Shown: positions 1 to 10,198, counted from the first letter of the stretch. The stretch is 64,000 nucleotides of DNA from Cyanobacteria bacterium J06627_28 (GCA_038521595.1 JBCBKQ010000001.1:36507-100506), one strand, 5' to 3'. The notes: generated from the letters alone by a model not told the origin. Numbers and translations: made by a program.

Positions 1-57
1 TGAAATGATATGCTGAAGGCCATAGCTGAATAATTACTTAGGAGTAGGTAGGGTCTC

Positions 58-168
58 ATGGAAACTAACAAGCTTGGCTTTGTTGCCAGCGTTCTGTTCG
101 TCTTTGTTCCAACGGTGTTTTTGTTGATTCTGTACATCCAAACTGCTAGCAAAAACACAGGTACGTAA
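58..168 (+). CDS. psbM: Photosystem II protein M (36 aa, below ORF-track cutoff)
   Basis: Hand translation ATG58-TAA168 gives [36 protein letters not shown]. This matches the cyanobacterial PsbM pattern (N-x-[21 protein letters not shown]). An AGGAG lies upstream. Confidence 0.85.
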   Translation: METNKLGFVASVLFVFVPTVFLLILYIQTASKNTGT

Positions 169-202
169 GCAGCGTAGGATTAAACCCACTCTTTCTGAAG
201 CG

Positions 203-270
203 GCCTTTGAAGCATAGCTTTGAAGAACAGCTTTGAAAAATAGCTTTGAAGCATAGCCAAGTGAAGCATA
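203..270. repeat. Tandem repeat, about 13-14 bp x5 (GCTTTGAAGCATA-like)
   Basis: Direct reading: gcctttgaagcata / gctttgaagaaca / gctttgaaaaata / gctttgaagcata / gccaagtgaagcata. Confidence 0.8.
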
Positions 271-271
271 T

Positions 272-319
272 CAAACCCTCGTCGTGCCCCATCCATATTT
301 AGGGCACGACGAGGGTTTG
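272..319. terminator. Perfect 18-bp hairpin between convergent psbM and pxcA
   Basis: caaaccctcgtcgtgccc (272-289) pairs perfectly with gggcacgacgagggtttg (302-319), with a 12-nt loop. There is no clear U-tract on either strand, so its function as a terminator or RNA-stability element is inferred from position. Confidence 0.55.
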
Positions 320-347
320 CTGTAACTGTCTCCTGTCGGTGTGTTGG

Positions 348-1667
348 CTACTCGTTCATGTTCTTGTAGGTAGCAACTGCTGACGGTGAAATACGATTTA
401 GGTAGCGGAAAATCCAGTATTTGAAGACGGTATCGAGAATAACGGGGAAGGTCGCAATAAAGAGAAAGATAAAATTTCGATTGGCGGGTAATCCTAAGTG
501 ATCTGCCATGCCCTCTAGCAGAATTTCCCAACCGTGGGGTGAATGAAAGCCGACAAAGGTATCTGTAAATAGAATGATAATGAAGGCTTTGGCACTGTCG
601 CTGAGACCATAGACAATTTCGTCGATAAAAGCTTTTAGGATAGCGACTTGCTCTTTACAGGCTGTTAGTAATAGAGCAAAGCTGAGCACGGCAATGACAT
701 CAGCAAAGACGTTTTCTAGGGCGTCGGCGCTGCGCTGCCGATAGTCTTCTTCAATTTTGAAGGCTTTTTGACGAACGCGGTTTTCAATTTCGGCTTCGCT
801 CAACTCGGGCACTTTGCCAATCAGGACTTCAAAGCGAAAGCGTTCTTCGTATCGCTGTAGCTCGTGGAGGGCATCTTCCTCCATTTCTACATTTAAGAAA
901 ACCTCTGCCTGTGTGGTGTCGCGAGCATATTCGACGAGGGGCGCTACTACAAAGTTTTTGCTGAGATACTGGGCCAATAAAGGAACGATGATCAGCTGTA
1001 AGACAAAGGTGATGGCAACGGTCGTTTGCGTTTTTGAGCTGCGAAAATTTCGCACCACTTCGACTTCGGCATCTGGATCGAGATCTTGCTTAATGCGATC
1101 TACTGTCCGCAAAATGGAGCGCGGGAGAACACCGCTTCGACTGCTAAGTGCCTGATTGGGATTGTCTTCTCCTGGAAGGTTGGAGGCATTGTTAGAGGGC
1201 AGCGCAGACAGGGCGCCAGACTGACCAGACTGAAGCGGATTTGATGAGTTGAGGCTAAAGGTAGACGCGGGGCGATAGCGATCTAGGACAGCATCGATTA
1301 GCTGTAGCTTGCTAAAGAAAATAGCTGGGCCATTGAGCTGATCGAGCGGCGCGTCGGCAGGCAACGGGGTGTCTATTTGACCGCCTAGGCGTGCCACTGG
1401 CAGGGAGTTGCTGCTGGCTTTGAACTCTGCCATCCGGCGCTTGATTATGGAGAGATATTTGCGCCGGTCTTTGTTGAGTAGGCGTTGTGCACTGCGGCTA
1501 TAGCTGCCGTAGTTTTCGTCAATGGGGTTGCCATCGAAGTAGTTATCTTCGATTTGGCAAATTTTGAGGGCGGCTTCATAGGCTTGATCTAGCGCTCGCT
1601 CTGGCGTTTTGGAAAACCACTGGCGAACCCTGTCGAATAGCCCAAATCGCTGCGGAGAATTTGTCAT
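348..1667 (-). CDS. pxcA: Proton-extrusion / CemA-family inner membrane protein (PxcA/CotA-like)
   Basis: 439-aa ORF. The C-terminal membrane region (FHSPHGWEILLEGMADHLGLP...IATFPVILDTVFKYWIFRYLNRISPSAVATYKNMNE) matches the CemA/PxcA signature as I recall it. Confidence 0.8.
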   Translation of the reverse strand: MTNSPQRFGLFDRVRQWFSKTPERALDQAYEAALKICQIEDNYFDGNPIDENYGSYSRSAQRLLNKDRRKYLSIIKRRMAEFKASSNSLPVARLGGQIDTPLPADAPLDQLNGPAIFFSKLQLIDAVLDRYRPASTFSLNSSNPLQSGQSGALSALPSNNASNLPGEDNPNQALSSRSGVLPRSILRTVDRIKQDLDPDAEVEVVRNFRSSKTQTTVAITFVLQLIIVPLLAQYLSKNFVVAPLVEYARDTTQAEVFLNVEMEEDALHELQRYEERFRFEVLIGKVPELSEAEIENRVRQKAFKIEEDYRQRSADALENVFADVIAVLSFALLLTACKEQVAILKAFIDEIVYGLSDSAKAFIIILFTDTFVGFHSPHGWEILLEGMADHLGLPANRNFIFLFIATFPVILDTVFKYWIFRYLNRISPSAVATYKNMNE

Positions 1668-1731
1668 AGCTTACTTAGTAAAGCTGCAACCTATAGAAAG
1701 AGCAATTCTATAGTAAGCGAGTAGCACAAAC

Positions 1732-2223
1732 TTAAGACGTGGGCGGCATTAACTGATTGGCTAGAGAGTCTACGTCGGACTGCAGGCGGCGCACTTGCTC
1801 ACCGAGTTCGCAAAAGGCTGCTGACTCAGCTGACTCATCTACTGACTGACGCAGTAAATGAGTCGCGCTGGATGGGGCAGAAAGATCAGAGACCGCAGTC
1901 AACGGATGGGGTAGATTAATCAGCTCGCTCACTTTACGCTGTAGTCTCTGTGCATCTGCGATCGCATCTCGAATCTCAGCCATCCAGTTTTCCAGGGAAC
2001 CTTTATCTAAGGATCTAAAAGAAGTAACCGCTCTCTCGTCATCTGCGCTGGTCACTAAAGCCATACAGCTCATCCAGACCTGAGACAGCCACGTTATGAG
2101 ACGGTTTGCGGTTTGCGACATAAGGGCTTGAGCGTTTTTTATAAGAAGATAAGTCATGGAAAGGGATGTGGGCGCGGCGATGGCTGAGCAGTGGGCAAAG
2201 TAGCGGTAGCGAGTGTCTACCAA
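1732..2223 (-). CDS. Hypothetical protein (coiled-coil-like); start uncertain (an internal MTYLL start is possible)
   Basis: 163-aa ORF with no competing frame. I recognised no family motif. Confidence 0.4.
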   Translation of the reverse strand: MVDTRYRYFAHCSAIAAPTSLSMTYLLIKNAQALMSQTANRLITWLSQVWMSCMALVTSADDERAVTSFRSLDKGSLENWMAEIRDAIADAQRLQRKVSELINLPHPLTAVSDLSAPSSATHLLRQSVDESAESAAFCELGEQVRRLQSDVDSLANQLMPPTS

Positions 2224-2361
2224 GAGGCTGATGTCTGAATTATCAGTAGATCTAGGGCACTTTGCAGAAGAGACGGCAAACTTTTAAGTCACCATCTCTG
2301 TGTATTTCCTTGGTTGTATTAATTTTCCCTAGGGCGAAAGAGCGGTAACTTAAGCTAATTT

Positions 2362-3105
2362 TTGTCACTAATTTTCATGGCTAATGCGGTTGAAGTTTGG
2401 AAAATTCCACTGACGGTCTCTGAGGAGCTCTTGGAAACGTATGTGAATTGTCTATCGGTGGATGAGCGATCGCGTGCCGACCGCTTTCGCTTTCCAGATG
2501 ACCGCCGAAAATTCATTGTTGCCAGGGGAACCCTCAGATACCTTCTAAGTGAGCAATTTGACCAGCCGCCTGCTGCCATTGAGTTTTGCTACGGCGAGTA
2601 CGGAAAGCCAAGCGTCAACCCAGCCTCCCAAGCAGAGACGGCACAATCTAGATCTGGCAGCTGCAACTTTCACTTCAATATTTCGCACTCTGGTGAGCTG
2701 GCACTTTGCGCATTTGGGCATCGTCGCCGCGTGGGCATAGACCTCGAAAAGCTTAAAGACATTCAGCGATTGGACGGCATGATGGAACGCTGCCTGTCTA
2801 CTCACGAGCGATATGAGGTAGCCGCTGCCTCTAATTCCCTACAGGCGTTTTTACAAAGGTGGACATGTAAAGAAGCCTATTTGAAAGCTATTGGTACGGG
2901 CTTAGTTCAACCGATGACCACAGTAGAAGTCGCCCTCAATCCACCAAGGCTAATATCTGTGCCCAATGACCGTGAACTCGACTGGCAGCTACATCTGATT
3001 GAAGTCCCCAGTGATTATGTCAGTGCACTGGTGGTAGAGGGCAAGGCTGAAATCAAGCTGAGTCGGTGGCAGCACTCGCTCGGTCATTTGAGTTCAAGGC
3101 CTTGA
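2362..3105 (+). CDS. 4'-phosphopantetheinyl transferase, Sfp/HetI type
   Basis: Motifs ERSRADRF, FNISHSGELAL, VGIDLE and WTCKEAYLKAIGTG are typical of Sfp-type PPTases. Confidence 0.85.
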   Translation: MSLIFMANAVEVWKIPLTVSEELLETYVNCLSVDERSRADRFRFPDDRRKFIVARGTLRYLLSEQFDQPPAAIEFCYGEYGKPSVNPASQAETAQSRSGSCNFHFNISHSGELALCAFGHRRRVGIDLEKLKDIQRLDGMMERCLSTHERYEVAAASNSLQAFLQRWTCKEAYLKAIGTGLVQPMTTVEVALNPPRLISVPNDRELDWQLHLIEVPSDYVSALVVEGKAEIKLSRWQHSLGHLSSRP

Positions 3106-3118
3106 GAGTGGGCTAAGC

Positions 3119-3205
3119 CAAAACATTAGTCAATCAAAATATTAGTTAATCAAAATATTAGTCAACCGAAATATTAGTCATCCAAAATATTAGTCAACCG
3201 AAATA
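3119..3205. repeat. Tandem repeat, 16 bp x5 (CAAAATATTAGTCAAY)
   Basis: Direct reading. The last unit overlaps the stop codon and the final residues (ISVD*) of the minus-strand gene ending at 3190. Confidence 0.85.
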
Positions 3206-4158
3206 ACAGACTTGACTGCACGCTGAATTGGCACATTATCCGCATCGGAGCGCCCAAAGTAGGTGTCTTCAAGGAATTGAAGCGAGGAAGAACTGCCACC
3301 ATCTAAATTCAGCAGCTGCGTGAGGCCCAAAGAATCGCCAAAGTCAGCTAGCGCGGTCAGGGTCAGCCCTGCAGAGTCTGCATTTTTTTCGACCATGAGT
3401 AGGTACACAAGGCCATTTTCATCTATGCCAACAGCGCTGCGGGCATTGGGCTGCATACCGCCAATGGCATCACGGACAAGTTCGCCATTTTCGTAGTCTG
3501 TGAACGCTTCGACGTCTGAGGTGTCTACGGGCAAAAGCTGCGGGCCTGCACCGACGGCGTGCTCTACTTGGCAGTCGATAGGCAAAGGCGCATCGTGAAA
3601 AACAATGTCGTAGCGAGTCATAGCGTCAGGGCCACAGCGATAAACCCGAAATTCTGAGCGATTGAGAATTTGGGGGAGATATTGCTGCAAGCTTGGATTA
3701 TCGACGAGGCGCTCATTGTCGGCAGGGTCGCCAGCGACTTGGCCTGAAACGGTGATATGAGAGGTTGTCTTGCCGTTTTGCGGATCGAAAAAGCCTGCGT
3801 TGAGACGGACAAGCCCCACCTCATCAGCCGTAAAATTGGAAAGTGGTGCTAGATCATCAGCAACGGCGACGAACACCGTAGCATCTGGAGCGATTTGCAC
3901 AACGTGAACCTTTGCACCAAAAACGTCATGGGTAGCGTATTGAGCTAGCGCCACACCCGAGTTTTCTTTGATTGTTCGTACCACAGACACCTCTGATGGC
4001 GTCGAAACAGATGCTTTTGTAGCCGTTGAGAGGGACGAATTTGTATCGGCAAACGCCGAGAATACTGTGCCAGCCAGCTTTGCCAAGACAACACATCCTG
4101 CACTTAATAGCGCGAACCCTAACAAGAGTCGCTTAAGATATCGCTTATTTTTAGTCAT
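3190..4158 (-). CDS. Phosphodiester glycosidase family (DUF2233/NAGPA-like) secreted protein
   Basis: N-terminal signal/anchor (LLLGFALLSAGCVVLA), NAGFFDP and LNLDGGSSSSL motifs. Confidence 0.65.
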   Translation of the reverse strand: MTKNKRYLKRLLLGFALLSAGCVVLAKLAGTVFSAFADTNSSLSTATKASVSTPSEVSVVRTIKENSGVALAQYATHDVFGAKVHVVQIAPDATVFVAVADDLAPLSNFTADEVGLVRLNAGFFDPQNGKTTSHITVSGQVAGDPADNERLVDNPSLQQYLPQILNRSEFRVYRCGPDAMTRYDIVFHDAPLPIDCQVEHAVGAGPQLLPVDTSDVEAFTDYENGELVRDAIGGMQPNARSAVGIDENGLVYLLMVEKNADSAGLTLTALADFGDSLGLTQLLNLDGGSSSSLQFLEDTYFGRSDADNVPIQRAVKSVISVD

Positions 4159-4322
4159 CTTCGGAAATTACATAGGCCAATATGTGTAGCTCAGATTAAG
4201 TGTCCACAAAGGTCGTAGATACCGAGGGCTCAGTTATTGCCACTTTCTTGGGCGGTATTGTACGTTTCAGTTAGGACATTTCTCGTTCATTTCATTCATC
4301 TTTTCAGTGGCATCTCATTCCT

Positions 4323-5390
4323 ATGGTATTAGGCATTGATTCAGCGCCAACTCCAAATCCAACCCCGGAGCCGACCTCAAATCCAACCCCGGAGCCAACA
4401 TTCGCTCCCACTGTCTCGGTCATTGTGCCAATTTACAACGGCGAGCAGGATATACCCAGGCTATTGCAGGCGCTGAAGGCTCAGACCTACCCGGCTGGCA
4501 AAGCTGAGTATCTCTTGGTCGATAACGGCAGTACTGACAAAACACCGCAGCTTTTAGCGGATGCGATCGCACACTTTACAGCAGCAGGCCTCACCCTCAG
4601 AGTACTCAACGAAACAGACATTCAAAGCTCCTATGCAGCTCGAAACACCGGCATCCGTGCAGCCAATGGAGATTTTTTGGCCTTTACCGATGCAGACTGT
4701 ATACCCAGTGCTGACTGGCTAAGGGCACTGATACAACCCTTTATCGATCCCCAAATTGGTTTGGTCGCGGGCGACATTCAGGCACTGCCAGGCAATAGCC
4801 TGCTAGAAAAATATGCTGAGTATAAGGAAACTTTGAGCCAGAAACACACCCTGGCGCATCCTTTTTGCCCCTACGGACAAACGGCAAATTTGGGCATTCG
4901 GGTAAGCGCGATCGCCCAGACCGGCCTCTTCCGTCCCTATCTCACCACAGGCGGCGATGCGGATATGTGCTGGCGCATTATAAAAGAAGGGAAAGGGCCC
5001 ACAGGCGACCAATGGCAGATCAAAAGCGCCCCTGACGCCATCATCCAACACAGACATCGACAAACAACTAAAGAGCTTTATAGCCAGTGGTATCGCTACG
5101 GCAAGTCAAATCGATATCTCCATGAGCTGCATGGGGTCGCCCTGACGCGTAGCGTCAATAAAAAAGAACAGCGGCGAACACTGTTAAAGTGGCTACTCAA
5201 AGATTTACCCAACGCTGCCGTCATTATGCTTTTCCAAAGGCGAATTGCCATTGATAAGCTCATTGGGCCAGTAGCTGATGTGTATTGCAATCGCGCCCGC
5301 GATAAGGGTCAAAAAGAATCGACGCTTCCCGAAACCGCCAGGCAAAAAGCACCCTACCCGGCGACGCCCTCCACGGTCTCTCCGCAGTAA
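4323..5390 (+). CDS. Glycosyltransferase family 2, with a Pro/Thr-rich repeat at the N-terminus
   Basis: VSVIVPIYNGEQDIPRLL...LLVDNGSTDKT...FTDADC are GT2 (GT-A fold) hallmarks. The N-terminal PTPNPTPEPTSNPTPEPT is encoded by a 24-bp x2 repeat at 4351-4398. Confidence 0.85.
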   Translation: MVLGIDSAPTPNPTPEPTSNPTPEPTFAPTVSVIVPIYNGEQDIPRLLQALKAQTYPAGKAEYLLVDNGSTDKTPQLLADAIAHFTAAGLTLRVLNETDIQSSYAARNTGIRAANGDFLAFTDADCIPSADWLRALIQPFIDPQIGLVAGDIQALPGNSLLEKYAEYKETLSQKHTLAHPFCPYGQTANLGIRVSAIAQTGLFRPYLTTGGDADMCWRIIKEGKGPTGDQWQIKSAPDAIIQHRHRQTTKELYSQWYRYGKSNRYLHELHGVALTRSVNKKEQRRTLLKWLLKDLPNAAVIMLFQRRIAIDKLIGPVADVYCNRARDKGQKESTLPETARQKAPYPATPSTVSPQ

Positions 5391-5435
5391 CCATTGACCA
5401 TAAAGCAATTGACCATAGAGCAATTGACCATAAAG
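5391..5435. repeat. Tandem repeat, 15 bp x3 (CAATTGACCATAAAG)
   Basis: Direct reading. It begins immediately after the GT2 stop codon. Confidence 0.8.
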
Positions 5436-5499
5436 CCACGCCAGAATCAGCCACACAAGAATCAGCTACTCAAGAATATAGACGAGCCACCCAAGACAT

Positions 5500-6756
5500 A
5501 TGAACATTTTGATGCTCTCAGCGACGTTCCCCTACCCACCAACGGGTGGAACGCCCGTGCGCACCTTTAATTTCCTTAAGTATCTAAAGGAGCAGGGCCA
5601 CACTATCAGTCTGGGGACCCTACGGACAGGCGGCGTCAGCGATGCAGACATCGCGAACCTCAAAGAGTGGGTAGACGATCTGGGCGTTTTTCCTCGCGGT
5701 GGCAATGCACAGGCAGGTAACACTGTTGTTAAAGCCTTGGGCAAGGCGCAACGGCTGGCTGATTTTGCAATTAATGGAACACCGCCGAGTGTCCGAGACA
5801 CCCACTCAGAAGCATTGCAAACCTGGGTGACGGAAAGAATCACCAGCGGCAAGTTTGACGCACTCACCTGTGAGCACAGCGTCAACGAAGTGTATGTACC
5901 TGACGATGTTCAGCGCCATATTCCAGTCGTCGTGGTCAATATTCATAGCTCCGTATACGGCAGCTGTGCCCACCAGCTAGACGCAGGAATTGCAGAAAAG
6001 CCTCTGCGCGATCGCCTGAATTTGCCCTTACTCAAGCGCTACGAACAGCGCTACTGCCAAAAGTTTTCTGACCTGGTGGTAACAACCACTGATGATGAGG
6101 ATCAAATGCATGAACTCAGCGGCAAAGACGCCATTCACGTCATTCCCAACGGCGTTGACTTAGAGGCCTTCCCCATGCGCAATGAGGATCCGGGTGGCCA
6201 TAGCTTAGTCTTTAACGGTGCGATGGACATTTTGGCGAATATAGACGCCGCAACCTTTCTGGCCAAGGACATTTTGCCACGGGTGCAGCAAACCTATCCA
6301 GATGCGACGCTGTATCTGGTAGGTACGAGACCGACGGCGGCGGTTGAGGCACTGGGTGACCTGCCAAATGTGACAGTGACAGGGCGAGTGCCAGAAATGA
6401 GGCCCTATCTTCACGGGTCAACCGTCTGCGTGATTCCGATGCGTACAGGCTACGGCATTAAAAATAAGACAATTGAGGCGATGGCAGCAGGTGTGCCAGT
6501 AGTAGCCAGTGATCGCGGGCTAGAGGGGCTAGCCGTCGATGGTGACAGCACGCCTTTACGAGCGCTAAGGGCGAATACGCCAGATGAGTATGCCGCTGAG
6601 ATTGGGCGACTTTTTGAATCCCCGGAGCTGCGTCAAACGCTTTCACAAAATGGGCGGGCGTTGATTGAGCAGGTGTATACGTGGGCGATCGCAGGGCAGC
6701 AATACGAGCAGGTTCTCAAGGCAGCGACGGTCACAGTATCTGCTGCACACAGTTAA
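5500..6756 (+). CDS. Glycosyltransferase family 4 (GT-B, GT1/GT4 type)
   Basis: N-terminal MNILMLSATFPYPPTGG and a C-terminal E-x7-E-like region (GYGIKNKTIEAMAAGVPVVAS) are typical of GT4 enzymes. Confidence 0.85.
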   Translation: MNILMLSATFPYPPTGGTPVRTFNFLKYLKEQGHTISLGTLRTGGVSDADIANLKEWVDDLGVFPRGGNAQAGNTVVKALGKAQRLADFAINGTPPSVRDTHSEALQTWVTERITSGKFDALTCEHSVNEVYVPDDVQRHIPVVVVNIHSSVYGSCAHQLDAGIAEKPLRDRLNLPLLKRYEQRYCQKFSDLVVTTTDDEDQMHELSGKDAIHVIPNGVDLEAFPMRNEDPGGHSLVFNGAMDILANIDAATFLAKDILPRVQQTYPDATLYLVGTRPTAAVEALGDLPNVTVTGRVPEMRPYLHGSTVCVIPMRTGYGIKNKTIEAMAAGVPVVASDRGLEGLAVDGDSTPLRALRANTPDEYAAEIGRLFESPELRQTLSQNGRALIEQVYTWAIAGQQYEQVLKAATVTVSAAHS

Positions 6757-6760
6757 GTCT

Positions 6761-6820
6761 GAGCGATCCTAAACTGGGCGATCCTAAACTGGGCGATCCT
6801 AAACTGAGCGATTCTAGATA
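6761..6820. repeat. Tandem repeat, 15 bp x4 (GGGCGATCCTAAACT)
   Basis: Direct reading. It starts 5 nt after the GT4 stop codon. Confidence 0.85.
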
Positions 6821-6889
6821 TTGACCTTTAGGTACTGATTATTCGTCGTAGGGAAGCGGTAGGTTCGAAAAGAGCACGCAACCTATCTT

Positions 6890-7534
6890 ATGAATAAATT
6901 TAGAATTTATTGGCTGGCCTACGCTCTATCAGCAGCTTTATTACTGAGCCTGTCTGCTGCTGTTTTACTAGGGCAGGTATTTCCATTAGATACTGCCATT
7001 TTGCAGGCAGTGCATCAGCTGAGCAATCGACCGTTGGATTACGTCATGCTGGTGGTCACTCGCACAGTCAATCCACATTTCACGGTTCCGGTCGTTTTCG
7101 TAGTGTTTTCGATACTCTGGCTCAAGCGATACCGACTAGAAGCGTACGTCTTTGCGCTGAACTGCTTGGGAGGTGTAGTGCTGAGCAACGGACTTAAAGC
7201 CTTTTTTGGAAAAGCTAGACCTGCCTTTTGGGAATCGTCGGTGATAGAAACAACATATAGCTATCCCAGTGGTCATGCGCTGGGGTCTGTGGTGCTGTAC
7301 GGATTTTTGGCATATTTGGTGGGTGCGCGATGGCCGCAGCATCGAGTCTGGGGGTATGGAAGTGCGATCGCACTGTGCCTGGCCATTGGCTTCAGCCGTC
7401 TGTACTTAGGCGTCCATTGGCCAACTGACCTCATTGGTGGGTATCTAATTGGCCTTTTATGGACGAGCAGCTGCCTTTTTTTGCTCAAACATTTGCTCAA
7501 ACAAAAGAGGCTCCGCAAAAGCGAAGCCTCTTAA
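6890..7534 (+). CDS. PAP2-family (phosphatidic acid / undecaprenyl-diphosphate type) phosphatase
   Basis: The three PAP2 motifs are present: KAFFGKARP, YPSGHA, SRLYLGVHWPTD. The protein has multiple TM segments. Confidence 0.85.
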   Translation: MNKFRIYWLAYALSAALLLSLSAAVLLGQVFPLDTAILQAVHQLSNRPLDYVMLVVTRTVNPHFTVPVVFVVFSILWLKRYRLEAYVFALNCLGGVVLSNGLKAFFGKARPAFWESSVIETTYSYPSGHALGSVVLYGFLAYLVGARWPQHRVWGYGSAIALCLAIGFSRLYLGVHWPTDLIGGYLIGLLWTSSCLFLLKHLLKQKRLRKSEAS

Positions 7535-7623
7535 ATCAAAACGGTTAAGATTAAAGCGATTGAAATTAAATCAATCGAGAATTAAAGCAACTGAACTACA
7601 GTTAGCCGAGCCTCACCGAGCAG

Positions 7624-8163
7624 CTAGTAAGCATCCTGCAACTCATAAAAATCAGGTGAGATGTAATCCTTACGCAGGGGCCAACCCTCCCAATCTTCTG
7701 GCATGAGTAGTCGCTTCAGGTTTGGATGTCCTTCGTAAACAATGCCGTACATGTCATAGCATTCACGCTCCTGCCAGTCGGCTGCTTTCCAAATCCAGTA
7801 GACCGATGGCAGCTTAGGATTTTCTCTGGGCAAGAAGCATTTGATACGCACCTCGGCAGGGGCATCGGCATCGTCGCTGAGCTTCGTTAGATCGTACACG
7901 CTCACTAGCTCTTTACCAGGGCCAGCATCGTAAGCGCTTTGGCAGCGCAGATAGTTAAACCCGTAGGCATAGAGTGCGGTCGCAAAAGGCAATAAGAACT
8001 GAGGATCAACCTTCAGAACCTCGACGCCTGAGTGGTCGCGCTCCATGATCTCGTGGCCAAAGCCCTGCTCAGTCAGCCAAGCAGACACTTCGCCAGCTTC
8101 TACAATGGCTGCGGACTCTTCCGCTTCAGCATTTGCTGCTTTTTTCTCTTCTTGGTCTGCCAT
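7624..8163 (-). CDS. ndhJ: NAD(P)H-quinone oxidoreductase subunit J
   Basis: The sequence (SAWLTEQGF...CQSAYD...[38 protein letters not shown]) matches the NdhJ/NuoC family. It is the last gene of the ndhC-K-J order. Confidence 0.95.
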   Translation of the reverse strand: MADQEEKKAANAEAEESAAIVEAGEVSAWLTEQGFGHEIMERDHSGVEVLKVDPQFLLPFATALYAYGFNYLRCQSAYDAGPGKELVSVYDLTKLSDDADAPAEVRIKCFLPRENPKLPSVYWIWKAADWQERECYDMYGIVYEGHPNLKRLLMPEDWEGWPLRKDYISPDFYELQDAY

Positions 8164-8166
8164 GGC

Positions 8167-8934
8167 TTACGCGTTGCCTCCTTCGACCTGATCCTTATCA
8201 ACTGCTGCTGCTTCTAGCTGGGCATCAGCCGCTGTAGACGCATCCACAGGCGCACCCATTGCAGCCATGAGCTCCTTGGGTGGCATATCGCGAGTCCCAG
8301 AGGCCAAGTATTGGCCCGTCAAAATAGGCGCTACAGTCTTTAGGCTATGCTCGCGAGTGTAGAAACGATGAGTCTCTTGAAACTCTCCGCGCTCCTGCAT
8401 GGATTCGTTGGCAATCTTTTTGCGCAGCTTAATGACGGCATCAAAGATCGCCTCGGGTCTGGGTGGACAGCCAGGAATGTAGACATCGACTGGAATGATT
8501 TTGTCCACGCCGCGCAGTGCGGTTGGCGAATCAGCACTAAACATGCCGCCTGTAATCGTGCAGGCACCCATAGCCATGACGTAGGCAGGTTTTGGCATTT
8601 GCTCGTATAGCCGAACCAAGGCAGGAGCCATCTTCATGGTGACCGTACCCGCAACGATGATGAGATCGGCCTGACGGGGGCTGGCCCGAGGCGCCAGACC
8701 AAATCGGTCAAAGTCAAAGCGAGAGCCGAGCAAAGCGGCAAACTCAATGAAACAACAGGCCGTTCCATACAGTAATGGAAACAGGCTAGATAGCCTAGTC
8801 CAGTTGTAGAGATCGTCAACCGTTGTCAAAATGACGTTTTCTGACAGATCTTGAGTGATGCCTGTTTTGGCGGCGGGGTTCATAATCCGCTCACCAGGGT
8901 TGACCAATGAATCTAGGTTCATTCCTTTGGCCAT
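8167..8934 (-). CDS. ndhK: NAD(P)H-quinone oxidoreductase subunit K (start chosen at MAKGMNLD; the ORF extends to 8967)
   Basis: [18 protein letters not shown]...[13 protein letters not shown]...[10 protein letters not shown]...PGCPPRPE are the NuoB/NdhK Fe-S ligand motifs. Confidence 0.93.
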   Translation of the reverse strand: MAKGMNLDSLVNPGERIMNPAAKTGITQDLSENVILTTVDDLYNWTRLSSLFPLLYGTACCFIEFAALLGSRFDFDRFGLAPRASPRQADLIIVAGTVTMKMAPALVRLYEQMPKPAYVMAMGACTITGGMFSADSPTALRGVDKIIPVDVYIPGCPPRPEAIFDAVIKLRKKIANESMQERGEFQETHRFYTREHSLKTVAPILTGQYLASGTRDMPPKELMAAMGAPVDASTAADAQLEAAAVDKDQVEGGNA

Positions 8935-8957
8935 GCCACCTGTTTTTGTACCTGATC

Positions 8958-9320
8958 CTATGACCACTCCAAAGCTCCTTTACGCCATGCGTACACTAAA
9001 CCAACGACCAAAATAGCAATAAATATAAGTGCCTCTACAAAGGCAAGCAAACCCAACGTGTGAAACGCAACTGCCCAGGGATATAGAAAGACCGTTTCAA
9101 CGTCAAAAATGACAAATACCAGGGCAAACATGTAGTAGCGGATGTTGAACTGAATCCAGGCACCGCCAATAGGCTCACAGCCAGATTCGTAGGTTGTGCG
9201 ACTCGCTGGGCCTGCACTGGCCGGCCGCAAGAGCTTCGATGCGCTCAACGCAACCACCGGCACCAGGCTACTGATAATCAGAAAGCCTAGAAAGTATTCG
9301 TATCCACTTAAGACAAACAC
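8958..9320 (-). CDS. ndhC: NAD(P)H-quinone oxidoreductase subunit 3
   Basis: 120-aa membrane protein ([40 protein letters not shown]) matching the NdhC/NuoA family. Confidence 0.95.
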   Translation of the reverse strand: MFVLSGYEYFLGFLIISSLVPVVALSASKLLRPASAGPASRTTYESGCEPIGGAWIQFNIRYYMFALVFVIFDVETVFLYPWAVAFHTLGLLAFVEALIFIAILVVGLVYAWRKGALEWS

Positions 9321-9526
9321 AGCGTACGCCTTGAACTCTTAACAAATCTTCCTCATTGTAGCGGCCTAGGTCTCTCGGTGCGATCTTTATATAGGGGGAA
9401 ATAAGGACACACGGGGAAGAAATAGGAGCAGACCTGTGGGCGATCGCAACAAGGAGCACACTAATTGATGCAAGGCGAACCCTAGCGTATGCAATAATAG
9501 TTAACAATTATTTTCATATTCCTCAG

Positions 9527-10051
9527 GTGCCCTCTCGAATGTCCTTCGAAGCGCCAGTAATGATGGACGCCCTAGCCATGACGACCGAGCAAACTTCAAA
9601 CCTTGACCCAGAGCAGTCATCGCCCGTTGTAGAAACCGTTCCGCTGGTAGAGCCAGAGAGCATCAATGCGACAGCTAGTGACGACACAGCAGAGGGTGAT
9701 ACAGCGGCCGAGCCCGAAGCGGAAAAGCCGCTAACCCCTGCTGAAATGGATCGCTATGAGTGCCGCTCTTGCGGCAACACGTACGAGCCTGCAAAAGGGG
9801 ATAGTCGAGCCGATATTCCCGCAGGCGTTCCTTTTAGGGAGCTGCCAACTGACTGGCGATGTAGCGTCTGTGGCGCCAGTCAAACGCAGTTTAGCAACAT
9901 TGGCCCGGCTGGACAGGCCTCTGGATTTAAGGAAAATCTGAGCTACGGCTTTGGCGTCAATACGCTCACACCCGGCCAAAAAAACGTGCTCATTTTTGGG
10001 GCCATGGGTGTGGCGGTCTTGTTTTTCTTGAGCCTCTATGGACTGAGATAG
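9527..10051 (+). CDS. rubA: Membrane-anchored rubredoxin RubA; the longest ORF carries an acidic ~75-aa N-terminal extension and the true start is uncertain
   Basis: CRSCGNTYEP...WRCSVCGA rubredoxin Cys pairs, followed by FKENLSYGFGVNTLTPGQKNVLIFGAMGVAVLFFLSLYGLR, the characteristic C-terminal anchor. It sits directly upstream of ycf48-psbEFLJ. Confidence 0.9.
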   Translation: MPSRMSFEAPVMMDALAMTTEQTSNLDPEQSSPVVETVPLVEPESINATASDDTAEGDTAAEPEAEKPLTPAEMDRYECRSCGNTYEPAKGDSRADIPAGVPFRELPTDWRCSVCGASQTQFSNIGPAGQASGFKENLSYGFGVNTLTPGQKNVLIFGAMGVAVLFFLSLYGLR

Positions 10052-10080
10052 GGGACTGAGATAGGTGGGCTGAGATAGGG
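10040..10080. repeat. Tandem repeat, about 13 bp x3 (GGACTGAGATAGG)
   Basis: Direct reading. The first unit contains the rubA stop codon (10049-10051). Confidence 0.75.
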
Positions 10081-10198
10081 CTTGCGTTTTTCTCAGGGGC
10101 CCCTGCTTAAGGCACTTACGCCGAAAGGCTGATGGTTAGACCGATAGCCAGTGAGTGAACAAATTGTTTTTTATAGATTGATTTTTGCTGGAGATGTC

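Noticed and set aside
814-1155. 113-aa plus-strand ORF antisense to pxcA
   Set aside because: It lies fully within a well-supported minus-strand gene. It is Arg/Ser-rich with no motif.
5205-5456. Minus-strand ORFs with LYGQLLYGQ / ALWSIALWS repeats
   Set aside because: They are antisense or off-frame to the GT2 3' end and the 15-bp repeat at 5391-5435.
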